From positions 1-64,000 of the IMG/VR virus record IMGVR_UViG_3300045971_000149: a stretch of 64,000 bases of DNA; one strand, written 5' to 3'. This document shows, one piece after another, positions 49,590-58,107 of the stretch. Position 1 is the first letter of the stretch, and every line of letters begins with the position of its first letter. A program made the position numbers and the translations under genes. The notes beneath the pieces were generated by a model. It was not told the DNA's origin. It made no database searches and saw nothing but the letters and a program-made list of their open reading frames with translations. The DNA comes from a virus.

Positions 49590-50402
49590 TTAGCAGCGGT
49601 CCCAGTTGTTCTTCACATAGGTGCGTGCCAGTGCAGCCTTCATGCCTAGTGCCACGATGCCGTACTGCACAGCCTTCTCAAACGCTTCGCTGCCGCTGTC
49701 TGCTTTAGCTATAGTAATGTATGCACGGATGCGCTCTGCATTGCTGCTGCCACTGTGCTGTGCTACTACAGGCATACGCATACGCGCCATGATGTCTACA
49801 GCCTTAGCAGGAGCAATGGGTGCTGCCACCTTAGTCACTGTGGGTGCAGTCAGCATGGATGCGTTAGTCATTGTGTACGGCTGTGCCTTGCTTACGCGAC
49901 CCTTGCCGCGGAACATGTAGGATGCGCCGCGTGTCTGTATCTTGCGATGTATGACAGGGCTAACGGCAACAATGTGGCCAGTGGATGTAGTGTATGCATA
50001 CGGCTTAGCCTTAGCCACTGCTTCGGGTGCGTCTTCTTGTTTGTAGCAGCGTGAGCCATTGCCGCCTAGTGCTACACATACACGCTTCCAGCCTGCATCA
50101 TGATTGCGTCCAAACTGTGGAAACGCTTGGCATACACTGTGCGCGACTTCATGCGGCACTGTGTCGTTTAGGATGTGTTCCCAGCTCTGGCCACCAAGGC
50201 GCATATGCACAGTGTTGAAGCGCAGGTACATGTCATGTGCAGTACGCTCAAAGCGATCAAGCTTGCAGCCTGCCATACCAGCAGCACGGCCAGTAAGGTC
50301 GAAGCGGATTTGGATTGCGGGCATCTTAATGCCAAACTTGCTTTCTGCAAGGGCGATACACTGTGCAACTTTGGCTTTGACTGCTTCGACTTTTGCTTGC
50401 AT
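49590..50402 (-). CDS. SprT-like zinc metalloprotease
   Basis: LTGRAAG.A, DTVPHEVAH, HDAGWK. Confidence 0.88.
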   Translation of the reverse strand: MQAKVEAVKAKVAQCIALAESKFGIKMPAIQIRFDLTGRAAGMAGCKLDRFERTAHDMYLRFNTVHMRLGGQSWEHILNDTVPHEVAHSVCQAFPQFGRNHDAGWKRVCVALGGNGSRCYKQEDAPEAVAKAKPYAYTTSTGHIVAVSPVIHRKIQTRGASYMFRGKGRVSKAQPYTMTNASMLTAPTVTKVAAPIAPAKAVDIMARMRMPVVAQHSGSSNAERIRAYITIAKADSGSEAFEKAVQYGIVALGMKAALARTYVKNNWDRC

Positions 50403-50485
50403 GTTATGTCCTACTGTTTGTTTGCTATGTGTGTATTATAACAAAGAACGACGAGACTGTCAAGTCCCGCCGCCCTGTAGGGTTA

Positions 50486-51373
50486 TCAGTTAGTCAGTAC
50501 GTACTGCGCAATGGCTTTCCAATTGCCGCCTGCTGCCCGAAGCTTTGTCACTGCTTGCAGTGTGCGCAGGCTAAGCTCTTTCACTTCGCCTTGCACGGAG
50601 CGGATAAGTGCCATCGCGTCGTCTTTATGCTTTTGGCTGTACTGCGGCATGAAAGTTGCACTGCTTGTCATATGCTGCATGCGTTCCACTTTCTGATCGC
50701 TTGTCATCTTCAAGTCAATGCAGTAAGCACGAGTCAACAGTGCGTTGGCTACTTGCTCGCGGCGCATGTTAGAGATGAAGATGATGCGTCCTTGGAATAC
50801 AAAGCTACGCGGCAGGTCGTCGTCTTTCATGTCTGCGTTCCAGCTAATCACTCGCTTGTCGTAGCTGTCCAAAGCGCCCTTCAGCAGGTTCAATGCAGTA
50901 GCATCTTTGAGCACATCGTCGCAGTCATCAAACACTAGCACACTGTCGCGATTCATGTACAGCTCGCGATACAAGCCCTTAGCAGTGCTATAGCCTTTGA
51001 TCATCTTGTATGCTTTAGACGGGGCGTCGCTTTCGAAGCTAGACACATCCTCAAGTCCGTTTGCAGCGAGTGCTTCCTTCACAGTGTGCGTCTTGCCCAA
51101 TCCGCCGGGACCAGTGATCAGTACGCTAGTCGCGTTGCCTTGTGCAATCATGTTAACGAGCTGCGTCACAAACTCGAAGCGCTGATTGATTGGCCATTTA
51201 GTGTCTTCGCCGTCTTGCGGAGCAGTGACATCTTCGCTTGCAGGCACAGTGACCTTGTGTCCCGCCTTAGCCATCATCTTCACAACGCGAGTCTGGTCGT
51301 AGGACTTAACGACTTTCTTTCCCATGTACATGCCAATCCAGTTGCCGTCTGCATAAACAATTTTAGCTTGCAT
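50486..51373 (-). CDS. AAA-type P-loop ATPase (paralogue A)
   Basis: GPGGLGKT, VFDDCD, IFISN; start moved to MQAKIV downstream of the promoter. Confidence 0.85.
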   Translation of the reverse strand: MQAKIVYADGNWIGMYMGKKVVKSYDQTRVVKMMAKAGHKVTVPASEDVTAPQDGEDTKWPINQRFEFVTQLVNMIAQGNATSVLITGPGGLGKTHTVKEALAANGLEDVSSFESDAPSKAYKMIKGYSTAKGLYRELYMNRDSVLVFDDCDDVLKDATALNLLKGALDSYDKRVISWNADMKDDDLPRSFVFQGRIIFISNMRREQVANALLTRAYCIDLKMTSDQKVERMQHMTSSATFMPQYSQKHKDDAMALIRSVQGEVKELSLRTLQAVTKLRAAGGNWKAIAQYVLTN

Positions 51374-51460
51374 TTCGTTTCCTTTTACTGCTTCGTTTAA
51401 CATGTATGTATTATAGTCTCATTGTGCAGAACAGTCAAGTCCCGCCAACTTGTAGGGTTA

Positions 51461-51664
51461 TTAGTAAGAAAGTGCTTTGGCTAGCGTCGCAGCATTCAAT
51501 GCGTTTTGCGCATCATACAGTGTGGCCGTTGCGCGGGCTACTGTGGCGTTAGATGCTTTCTCGCTGTTGTTTGCTACGTGGTACGCTACTAGCGCATCGG
51601 CGTATGCGAACACAAGTGCTTTGACTGTTCGATTGTGCTGCGCTGCGACTTTGACTGTTGCCAT
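51461..51664 (-). CDS. Small Ala-rich early protein
   Basis: Own promoter and AAGGAG RBS. Confidence 0.75.
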   Translation of the reverse strand: MATVKVAAQHNRTVKALVFAYADALVAYHVANNSEKASNATVARATATLYDAQNALNAATLAKALSY

Positions 51665-51744
51665 GCTGTACTCCTTGTTGCGATGTATGTATTATAGTCT
51701 CATTCAACGGAACTGTCAACAACCCTATGATCCATAGGGTTATT

Positions 51745-52085
51745 GTGAATAGGTGCTGTTCGTTTGGACTCTTACCACAGTGTTTCCCGATATGGCTAAC
51801 CGGCGCGGTTGATCACCGCAAAGGACATAGACAGCTTAGTCCTACTGTTTACTTCTCGCCTGATCAGGACGACTAGTTAGTTAAGGCGTTTCGAGCGATG
51901 GAAGATTTTACACTGTCTTGCGACTGAAGTGACTCCGTCTTTCGATGCGCTGTATGGCACCGGCCCCACTACCTTATTGTAACATGCTCGGGGAATACTG
52001 GCCCATTGCCAATCACTAGATCGGGTGAACGTTCAAACCTAAACACATTACAATAAGGGCACTGTAGTTTCCTACAGTGCTGTAC
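51745..52085 (-). ncRNA. Candidate structured non-coding RNA
   Basis: No credible ORF; 9-bp GAAA hairpin, 15-bp long-range stem, GCAA tetraloop stem and further hairpins. Confidence 0.6.
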
Positions 52086-52089
52086 CTAC

Positions 52090-52359
52090 TTACAGTACAA
52101 AGCCCAAACGCTGGCCTTCTTCAGCGACAGCTTGCGCAACATCCAAATCGTCGCAAACCCAATCGCTGTTAAGCAAAGCGTCTACGCAATCTTCTTGTCG
52201 CTCTGCTTGCGCCAACTCAATAAAGCGCACGTCAGTGTGACCGTTACGCTCCAGCACACCCTTACGGCCTTTGCTGTTAGCATAGCGCACAGCAAACACG
52301 CCGTTTTGCTTGGAAACGCCGACGAAAGTAAAAGTGTTTGTGTTAATGTCTTTTGCCAT
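52090..52359 (-). CDS. Small early protein, paralogue of 63112-63549
   Basis: FTFVGVSKQNGVFAVRYAN...VLERNGHTD matches FSHAGVSKLNGEYKVRYAN...VLAKNGHVD. Confidence 0.8.
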   Translation of the reverse strand: MAKDINTNTFTFVGVSKQNGVFAVRYANSKGRKGVLERNGHTDVRFIELAQAERQEDCVDALLNSDWVCDDLDVAQAVAEEGQRLGFVL

Positions 52360-52443
52360 TTTTAACTCCTAGTGTGTTTGTGTATGTATGTATTATAACG
52401 CCGTTTTGCTTTACTGTCAACTACCCTATGCACTGTAGGGTTA

Positions 52444-52653
52444 TTAGTATTTCTGTACGCGGATGATCTGATGCAAGTAAGCCCAGCTGCCGTTCTTGTC
52501 ATCGCCGCTTGCCAACGTGTAGCCAATGCCGGGAATGCCGTTCTTTATGTCTGCATCCACTTCGTCGACAATAGCGCGGACGCCCATGCCGCTGCCGAAG
52601 TTTGTGGCAACCCAAACGATGCTTCCCACCTTTACGTCGCGTAGTGTAATCAT
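52444..52653 (-). CDS. Small early protein
   Basis: MITLRDVKVG...; own promoter and RBS. Confidence 0.75.
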   Translation of the reverse strand: MITLRDVKVGSIVWVATNFGSGMGVRAIVDEVDADIKNGIPGIGYTLASGDDKNGSWAYLHQIIRVQKY

Positions 52654-52812
52654 ATAGTCCTTTGTTTGCATGTATGTATTATACTCTCAAACTGCAGAAC
52701 TGTCAACAACCCTATGCACCGTAGGGGCTTTATTGTGTTAGGCACAATCGCCGTCCATCCCCGCCTTGTTCGAAGTATGTATTGTAACACCTTCGATCAA
52801 GTTTGTCAATCC

Positions 52813-53058
52813 CTATCGTAGATCACCAAACAGGCTGAATCCAGTCTTGGGATCAGGAAGATCTGCGTTGTCGATTGGATGTATGACAGGCTCATCCTCT
52901 TGTTCAGCTTCGTCGGACAGCTTGATCAGGTTGAGCTCCTCCCATGCTCTCCACAGGTCGTAGTCAGGATCGCCAGTGTTGCTTTCCATAGCGGCTATTC
53001 CTTGTTGCAGGAACTGCAGGGCGATCTTAGCCCGGATGAGTTTCTCTTTGTGTTTCAT
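52813..53058 (-). CDS. Small early protein
   Basis: AAGGAAG RBS. Confidence 0.7.
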   Translation of the reverse strand: MKHKEKLIRAKIALQFLQQGIAAMESNTGDPDYDLWRAWEELNLIKLSDEAEQEDEPVIHPIDNADLPDPKTGFSLFGDLR

Positions 53059-53070
53059 GTTATTGCTTCC

Positions 53071-53211
53071 TTAGAATATGATTACTTCGTCGCCGTCGTC
53101 TTTAACTTCGTCGATCGGGTTAGTGCAGTCCCACTCGCCACACCACACAGTTACCTGCTTGTCCTGATCCATACGAGACAACATCTCCATCAATTCGCGT
53201 ACAGTCATCAT
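53071..53211 (-). CDS. Small early protein (46 aa; not in ORF track)
   Basis: MMTVRELMEMLSRMDQDKQV...; AAGGAG RBS after the promoter. Confidence 0.75.
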   Translation of the reverse strand: MMTVRELMEMLSRMDQDKQVTVWCGEWDCTNPIDEVKDDGDEVIIF

Positions 53212-53267
53212 CTACTCCTTTGTTGCTATGTATGTATTATACTCTCTTTTGGACAGAGTGTCAACCG

Positions 53268-53495
53268 CTATCGCACTTCGAATCGACCTTTAGCGTCACG
53301 AGCTGGATTGCGATAGATGTCACGATAGCTGCCAGATGCTAGTTGATAGACTGCGATGTCGCGTTGCTCTGTCTTCCAGAGATTGTATACAAAGTTGCAG
53401 CATTCGCCTAGACTGTTGCTTTCAAACAACACCACAGCGTCATCATCGTGTGCCAGCTTGAACTCGGGATTAAGGTAGAAGCATTGGTATTCCAT
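53268..53495 (-). CDS. Small early protein
   Basis: MEYQCFY...RDAKGRF. Confidence 0.65.
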   Translation of the reverse strand: MEYQCFYLNPEFKLAHDDDAVVLFESNSLGECCNFVYNLWKTEQRDIAVYQLASGSYRDIYRNPARDAKGRFEVR

Positions 53496-53496
53496 C

Positions 53497-53658
53497 TTAG
53501 ATCTTTGCGTCCTTAACCATAGCTTGACAGAAAAAACGGTAGCCATTGTCGCCACCAACAGACATACCACCTTGCAGTTTCCAACCATCTTCCAACATCT
53601 CGTTTACTGTGTCAGTGAGTGCGTCTGCGCTGGATTCTTGAACTGCAAAATATTCCAT
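53497..53658 (-). CDS. DUF1737-like small protein (53 aa; not in ORF track)
   Basis: LTDTVNEMLEDGWKLQGG...FCQAMVK. Confidence 0.7.
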   Translation of the reverse strand: MEYFAVQESSADALTDTVNEMLEDGWKLQGGMSVGGDNGYRFFCQAMVKDAKI

Positions 53659-53709
53659 TGTGTGTCCTTTGTTGCTATGTATGTATTATACTCTCTTTTG
53701 GACAGAGTG

Positions 53710-54252
53710 TCAACCAAAGTCCCGTGCCATCTTGTACTCGCAACGAGCAATCTCTTCCAACTGCTCCTTGATGCTATGCAAGCGATCATACAGGCGTTCC
53801 ATAGCCATATCCTGCTCAGGACCTTCGCCCAATGCACCTTCCTGGTATGCATCCAACTGCTCCTGGATAGCGATCTGCTCTTCGCACAGGTTGCCCACAT
53901 CGCCTACCATCACCTTAGGAACCATAACCTTAGCCACTGCGGCAGCGGCCTTCTCCTGTGCAATCTCTACCAACTGGCCTGCATACTTGTTGATGCGCGG
54001 CACACCTTTCACGTTGGGCTTGCGCCAGTATGCGATCTGCTTGTCGGACAAGCGGTTGAACTTGCTGTAGAAGTTAGCCATTGACGTGCCCATACGTGCA
54101 TCGGCGGGTGTGAAGCCAATGCCGTTCTGGTAGCGGGTCTGTTCGCTTACTTGCTCGTCACGCACTTGGCGTTCGTTGAGCACTACCAAAGCACGGGCAA
54201 TGGCCTTGTTAGAAGTGTTCAGCAGGTCCAGGATTTGTTGCTTGCTTGTCAT
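53710..54252 (-). CDS. Early hypothetical protein
   Basis: 180 aa; own promoter/RBS; stop codon lies in the next -35 box. Confidence 0.8.
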   Translation of the reverse strand: MTSKQQILDLLNTSNKAIARALVVLNERQVRDEQVSEQTRYQNGIGFTPADARMGTSMANFYSKFNRLSDKQIAYWRKPNVKGVPRINKYAGQLVEIAQEKAAAAVAKVMVPKVMVGDVGNLCEEQIAIQEQLDAYQEGALGEGPEQDMAMERLYDRLHSIKEQLEEIARCEYKMARDFG

Positions 54253-54287
54253 ACAGTACTCCTTGTTGCGATGTATGTATTATACAA

Positions 54288-54467
54288 TCAAACAGAAGCC
54301 TTGTCAACCTCTTTCTTCAGTTCGCTGTAGTTCTTCATCACAAAGACGTACTCGTCCTGTGTGAGTTTTGTTGCAGAAGCAGCTCTAGGATCGAGCATGT
54401 TCCACTTGCCGCTGCGTTGCACCTTGACGTAGGCTTTGAAGTCTTTCAGTTGCTTTGCTGTAAACAT
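54288..54467 (-). CDS. Small early protein
   Basis: MFTAKQLKDFKAYVKVQRSGKWNM; own promoter/RBS. Confidence 0.75.
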   Translation of the reverse strand: MFTAKQLKDFKAYVKVQRSGKWNMLDPRAASATKLTQDEYVFVMKNYSELKKEVDKASV

Positions 54468-54527
54468 TGTGTCTCCTTGTTGCGATGTATGTATTATACA
54501 ATCAAACTGCAGACCTGTCAACCGGAA

Positions 54528-54701
54528 TCAGTACGTCTCTTTGTGGATTGTGAACTGATCTGCAGGATACTTTGCTTTGAACTCATCCGTAGCCATGTAC
54601 TCGCGCAAGGCTTTGGCGTCAAAGAACACCTTACTCAGGACCGATTGTAGCTTGCCGATTGGGCACACTGTAAGATAGACTGACTTCGCTTTACCTGCCA
54701 T
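54528..54701 (-). CDS. Small early protein (57 aa; not in ORF track)
   Basis: MAGKAKSVYLTV...IHKETY; AGGAG RBS. Confidence 0.7.
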   Translation of the reverse strand: MAGKAKSVYLTVCPIGKLQSVLSKVFFDAKALREYMATDEFKAKYPADQFTIHKETY

Positions 54702-54811
54702 TAGAGTTCTCCTGTGATCAAATAGAATGCCAAGTCGGCATCAAAGGGTTCCCAAGGGACGATACATTCCAATCCTACCCAATGAATGTACTCGTTGCTG
54801 AATGTAGACAT
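54701..54811 (-). CDS. Small early peptide (36 aa; not in ORF track)
   Basis: MSTFSNEYIHWVG...; RBS; TAATG coupling to the next ORF. Confidence 0.6.
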   Translation of the reverse strand: MSTFSNEYIHWVGLECIVPWEPFDADLAFYLITGEL

Positions 54812-54844
54812 ATCGTTCCTTTGTTTGTGTGCTATTATAACACG

Positions 54845-55216
54845 TTATTGCAGATTGAGCAACTCTTTTTCTTCCTGGCTCAACTTCGCAAGGGCGTTCT
54901 GACGAACCAAATACTTGCGCTCTGCTTCGGCACGTTCTTCTTCTTTCCACTTCACTGCCCAGCTTAGGTCGTCCAAATCAGACTCTGCATCGGTGCTGTA
55001 GAAGAAGTCGACTTCGAAGTAAGTGCGATCGCGTTTGTCCAGATCAAACAGGCTAAACGTCATGTCGTTGCGAGCAGCCATTTCAAAGTTCGCGTGTTGG
55101 GCACGTTGCAGGACTGCCATCAAACGATTTGGGTAGGATGCCTCTTGTTCTTCAAGCATTGCCTGACGCACTACTTCTTCCCGGGCCATACGCTCTGCTT
55201 TAGTTTCTTTTGCCAT
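54845..55216 (-). CDS. Early hypothetical protein
   Basis: C-terminal ALAKLSQEEKELLNL; own promoter. Confidence 0.75.
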   Translation of the reverse strand: MAKETKAERMAREEVVRQAMLEEQEASYPNRLMAVLQRAQHANFEMAARNDMTFSLFDLDKRDRTYFEVDFFYSTDAESDLDDLSWAVKWKEEERAEAERKYLVRQNALAKLSQEEKELLNLQ

Positions 55217-55376
55217 TTCGTTCATCCTTTTTGTCTATGCGTTAATTATAGCAAGGTTTTACCAAAGCGTCAACACCTATTTCAAAGACCCTACAGGGTG
55301 ATGGGATAAATAAAAGTGCCGCTCGCGACACGCCAATGTCCAGCAGCTCTAACAGTTTATAAGGAACTAATCAGCA

Positions 55377-55727
55377 ATGTATTTACACTTCTATGTCTAC
55401 GCCTATCTGCGTATTGACGGCACACCCTACTACAAAGGCAATGGTGATCGAGCTTACGCAAAACACCGCATTCCTGTGCCAAAAGATCGATCGAGGATCG
55501 TGTTCCTTGAGACAAACCTAACTGATATCGGCGCATTGGCAATTGAGCGCAGACTGATTGCTTGGTACGGACGCAAGGACTTAGGCACAGGTATCTTGCG
55601 TAACCTTACAGACGGCGGCGAAGGTTCAAGTGGAGCAACTAGATCACAAGAAACTCGCGATAAAATATCAGCCGCAAAGAAAGGCATACCTGCTCATAAC
55701 AAAGGAAAAACGAGTAGGAAGAGTTAG
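55377..55727 (+). CDS. GIY-YIG/NUMOD3 homing endonuclease-like protein, probably defective
   Basis: [49 protein letters not shown]; the IG of the YIG motif is missing. Confidence 0.8.
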   Translation: MYLHFYVYAYLRIDGTPYYKGNGDRAYAKHRIPVPKDRSRIVFLETNLTDIGALAIERRLIAWYGRKDLGTGILRNLTDGGEGSSGATRSQETRDKISAAKKGIPAHNKGKTSRKS

Positions 55728-55771
55728 TTCCTACTGTTTGTTGCTATGTATGTATTTTACAACCGAAATGT

Positions 55772-55927
55772 CTACTTGTCAAGTGCTGTTAGGTCTTTTT
55801 TCAACCATGCAAGGTTAGTGGAACTCATCAACCGCAGACCATGGCGGAAGGCTATGTAGACTGACTTGGCGCCGCCTACGTGCTTCTCAATTATGAAAGT
55901 CTTGTACTGAAACCTATCTTTGATCAT
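55772..55927 (-). CDS. Small early protein
   Basis: MIKDRFQYKTF...; follows the 55929 ORF. Confidence 0.6.
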   Translation of the reverse strand: MIKDRFQYKTFIIEKHVGGAKSVYIAFRHGLRLMSSTNLAWLKKDLTALDK

Positions 55928-55928
55928 G

Positions 55929-56120
55929 TTAGGCAACCTTTGTGATCTCACCGCGCCAGTAGCACTCGTAGGATCCACCGTCCCAACGTGCCTTGTAGGC
56001 CTGCGCTTCTTCCAGTGTTGTAAAGAACTTGGTGTCACTTGGATCGCAGCGTTGACCCCAACCTGCTTCGTACTCGGTGATCACTACCTTATACAGTGTT
56101 CCCATCTTGACTTCGGACAT
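55929..56120 (-). CDS. Small early protein
   Basis: ITEYEAGWGQR; AAGGAG RBS. Confidence 0.75.
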   Translation of the reverse strand: MSEVKMGTLYKVVITEYEAGWGQRCDPSDTKFFTTLEEAQAYKARWDGGSYECYWRGEITKVA

Positions 56121-56170
56121 TTGCTTCTCCTTACTTGATGTATGTAGTATAACGCCGATCAGAGAAGATG

Positions 56171-56365
56171 TCAACCAACGAACTCCCTAACCCAATGAAA
56201 CCGTGTTGTAGCAGGCATCCACCGATACTGTTGACGCCTGCGTTCCTCTGTCTCAAAGTCGTAGCAGACGCAAACCCAACCGCGGTCTTCGGAGAACGCC
56301 ACCTTGTCAGCGACCTTCACAACCTGTACATACCTGCCGTCCATCATCTTTGCTACTATCATCAT
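56171..56365 (-). CDS. Small early protein
   Basis: AGGAGG RBS; stop codon in the -35 box. Confidence 0.7.
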   Translation of the reverse strand: MMIVAKMMDGRYVQVVKVADKVAFSEDRGWVCVCYDFETEERRRQQYRWMPATTRFHWVREFVG

Positions 56366-56528
56366 ATCGCCTCCTAGTCCATGCATGTATTATAGCAAAG
56401 AATAAAGACCCTGTCAACTGATGGGAATTAAACGGTTTACAGCAATGTTTCAGGTGGTCTGCGCATTAGCGACAACAGCAGCGATTCTACCGCTGTACGT
56501 CTATCTGAGGCCTATATAAATCAATGAC

Positions 56529-56717
56529 TTACGTCGCCTTAACCGTAGCATCTGAGACAACTTTAAGTAGATCAAATAAACGAGCCGTTCCGCAGGAGTA
56601 GGCAACAGTGTGAAGCTCGCCCTTATGCCCACACGTTCCACTCCGAACACAAGGGCAATCACATCGGAAAGGGCACACCTGCCCAATTGGGATCCTGCCC
56701 TGCACAAGGGTGCTCAC
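56529..56717 (-). CDS. Small Cys-rich protein
   Basis: GTGA coupling; CPFRCDCPC..C.H..C. Confidence 0.55.
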   Translation of the reverse strand: MSTLVQGRIPIGQVCPFRCDCPCVRSGTCGHKGELHTVAYSCGTARLFDLLKVVSDATVKAT

Positions 56718-56839
56718 TTTGCCACCTGTGTCACTGCCGCCTTAGTCGCTTCGATTCCTTTATCAGCAACCTTAGCAACCCCAGCGAAGCCCACGGTTGC
56801 TACCGCGATGCCCAAGATGAATCCGATTAGAAATTGCAT
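56714..56839 (-). CDS. Small membrane peptide (41 aa; not in ORF track)
   Basis: MQFLIGFILGIAVATVGFAGVAKVADKG...; AAGGA RBS. Confidence 0.7.
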   Translation of the reverse strand: MQFLIGFILGIAVATVGFAGVAKVADKGIEATKAAVTQVAK

Positions 56840-56851
56840 AGTGTTTCCTTG

Positions 56852-57211
56852 TTAAGCAATTGACTTGAAGTAACCATAAGGGATGCCTTGTTCCCAGCAA
56901 AAGTAGTCCCAGTCGCCGTTGCAACCGCTAGCTTCCATCAACCAACGCAGTGCATCTTCACGTGAACCAGCACCAGTTGCAATCGTAGCGCGAACCAGCA
57001 ACTCCAGCTTCTCGATAGCCGCAACCTGATCCAACTCACGTTGTTCCCACACAACCTTAGCCTGCTCACCCAAACGGGTTAGCATCTCCACCAAGTCTTC
57101 TTCTGTGCAGGAAGCAAAGTCTACCCAACGAGGACGCACGTTGTACACTTCCTTGTAGAAGTCCCAGTACTCTGCTACCAGTTCGTCTTTGCGGGTCATT
57201 ACGTATTCCAT
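56852..57211 (-). CDS. Conserved phage early protein
   Basis: YWDFYKEVYNVRPR...GIPYGYF. Confidence 0.8.
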   Translation of the reverse strand: MEYVMTRKDELVAEYWDFYKEVYNVRPRWVDFASCTEEDLVEMLTRLGEQAKVVWEQRELDQVAAIEKLELLVRATIATGAGSREDALRWLMEASGCNGDWDYFCWEQGIPYGYFKSIA

Positions 57212-57267
57212 TGTGTGTCCTTTGTTGCTATGTATGTATTATACTCTCAATTCGCAGGGCTGTCAAC

Positions 57268-57384
57268 CTATCCCTTAGCGATCTTGATAGCAAGTGCAAT
57301 CAACTGTGCGGTAGTCAACGGAACGAACTTTTGGTCCTGAGCCCGCTTAACGTGATCTGCTTGAACAATAGTAAACTGTGGCAT
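57268..57384 (-). CDS. Small early peptide (38 aa; not in ORF track)
   Basis: MPQFTIVQADHVKRA...; own promoter/RBS. Confidence 0.6.
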   Translation of the reverse strand: MPQFTIVQADHVKRAQDQKFVPLTTAQLIALAIKIAKG

Positions 57385-57439
57385 GTTGTTTCCTTAGTGT
57401 GTTGCGATGTATGTATTATAAGGCCAATTCGGAAAACTG

Positions 57440-57757
57440 TCAAGTAGTCTCTTCCAGTTCTTCCCATCCCATAGAAGCACACAAGTAGTTCACACCGTCC
57501 ACTTCTACAATGTCGCCTACACTAACAGAGCGACCACGTCCGTACAGTTGCTCGCGTTCGCCTTGACGCGACGGGTTGTTTGTCAGGTCAAATGCTTCTT
57601 CAGCAGCGTCAATGCCTTCTGCATCAACTGCAAAGCAAGGGCGGATCTCATAGGATTTGTAGTTGTCCATTGCCACGTTGGCTTGACCACGCTTGCTAGT
57701 GTAGAAAGACATTATCAGTTCTGCAGGGGCTAGCTTGATAGTTACTACTGAAATCAT
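57440..57757 (-). CDS. Early hypothetical protein (YodL-like RSVSVGDIV motif)
   Basis: RSVSVGDIVEVDG...YLCASMGW. Confidence 0.75.
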   Translation of the reverse strand: MISVVTIKLAPAELIMSFYTSKRGQANVAMDNYKSYEIRPCFAVDAEGIDAAEEAFDLTNNPSRQGEREQLYGRGRSVSVGDIVEVDGVNYLCASMGWEELEETT

Positions 57758-57821
57758 TGTGTGCTCCTTGTTGCGATGTATGTATTATAACAAAGAAAGC
57801 AGGGGCTGTCAACCCCGTTGC

Positions 57822-58043
57822 TTACTTGAGACCAAACAGTCTTGCAGCTTCTAACGCAGCAGCAGGCAGCGGCTCGCCCGTGCTTTTTGCAATAGTAAAC
57901 GCGGCTTGCATTGCAGCAAGTTGCGCAGGGCTAACACGCACACCCAAATAGGAGCCAACCTCAACTTTAGCTTGCAAACTGCGCAAACTGTTAAGTTGAC
58001 GCTTGGACAAGTTGGAAACTACTGCGGATTGTACTGGAGTCAT
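57822..58043 (-). CDS. Small early protein
   Basis: Own promoter/RBS. Confidence 0.7.
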   Translation of the reverse strand: MTPVQSAVVSNLSKRQLNSLRSLQAKVEVGSYLGVRVSPAQLAAMQAAFTIAKSTGEPLPAAALEAARLFGLK

Positions 58044-58107
58044 TTTGTGTTCCTTTGTTGCGATGTATGTATTATAGCGCCTTTCAATAACCCTGTCAAC
58101 CGATGGG

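Noticed and set aside
51745-52085. tRNA, tmRNA or RNase P identity for the structured segment
   Set aside because: I could find no cloverleaf with a T-loop and CCA end, and no RNase P signature motifs.
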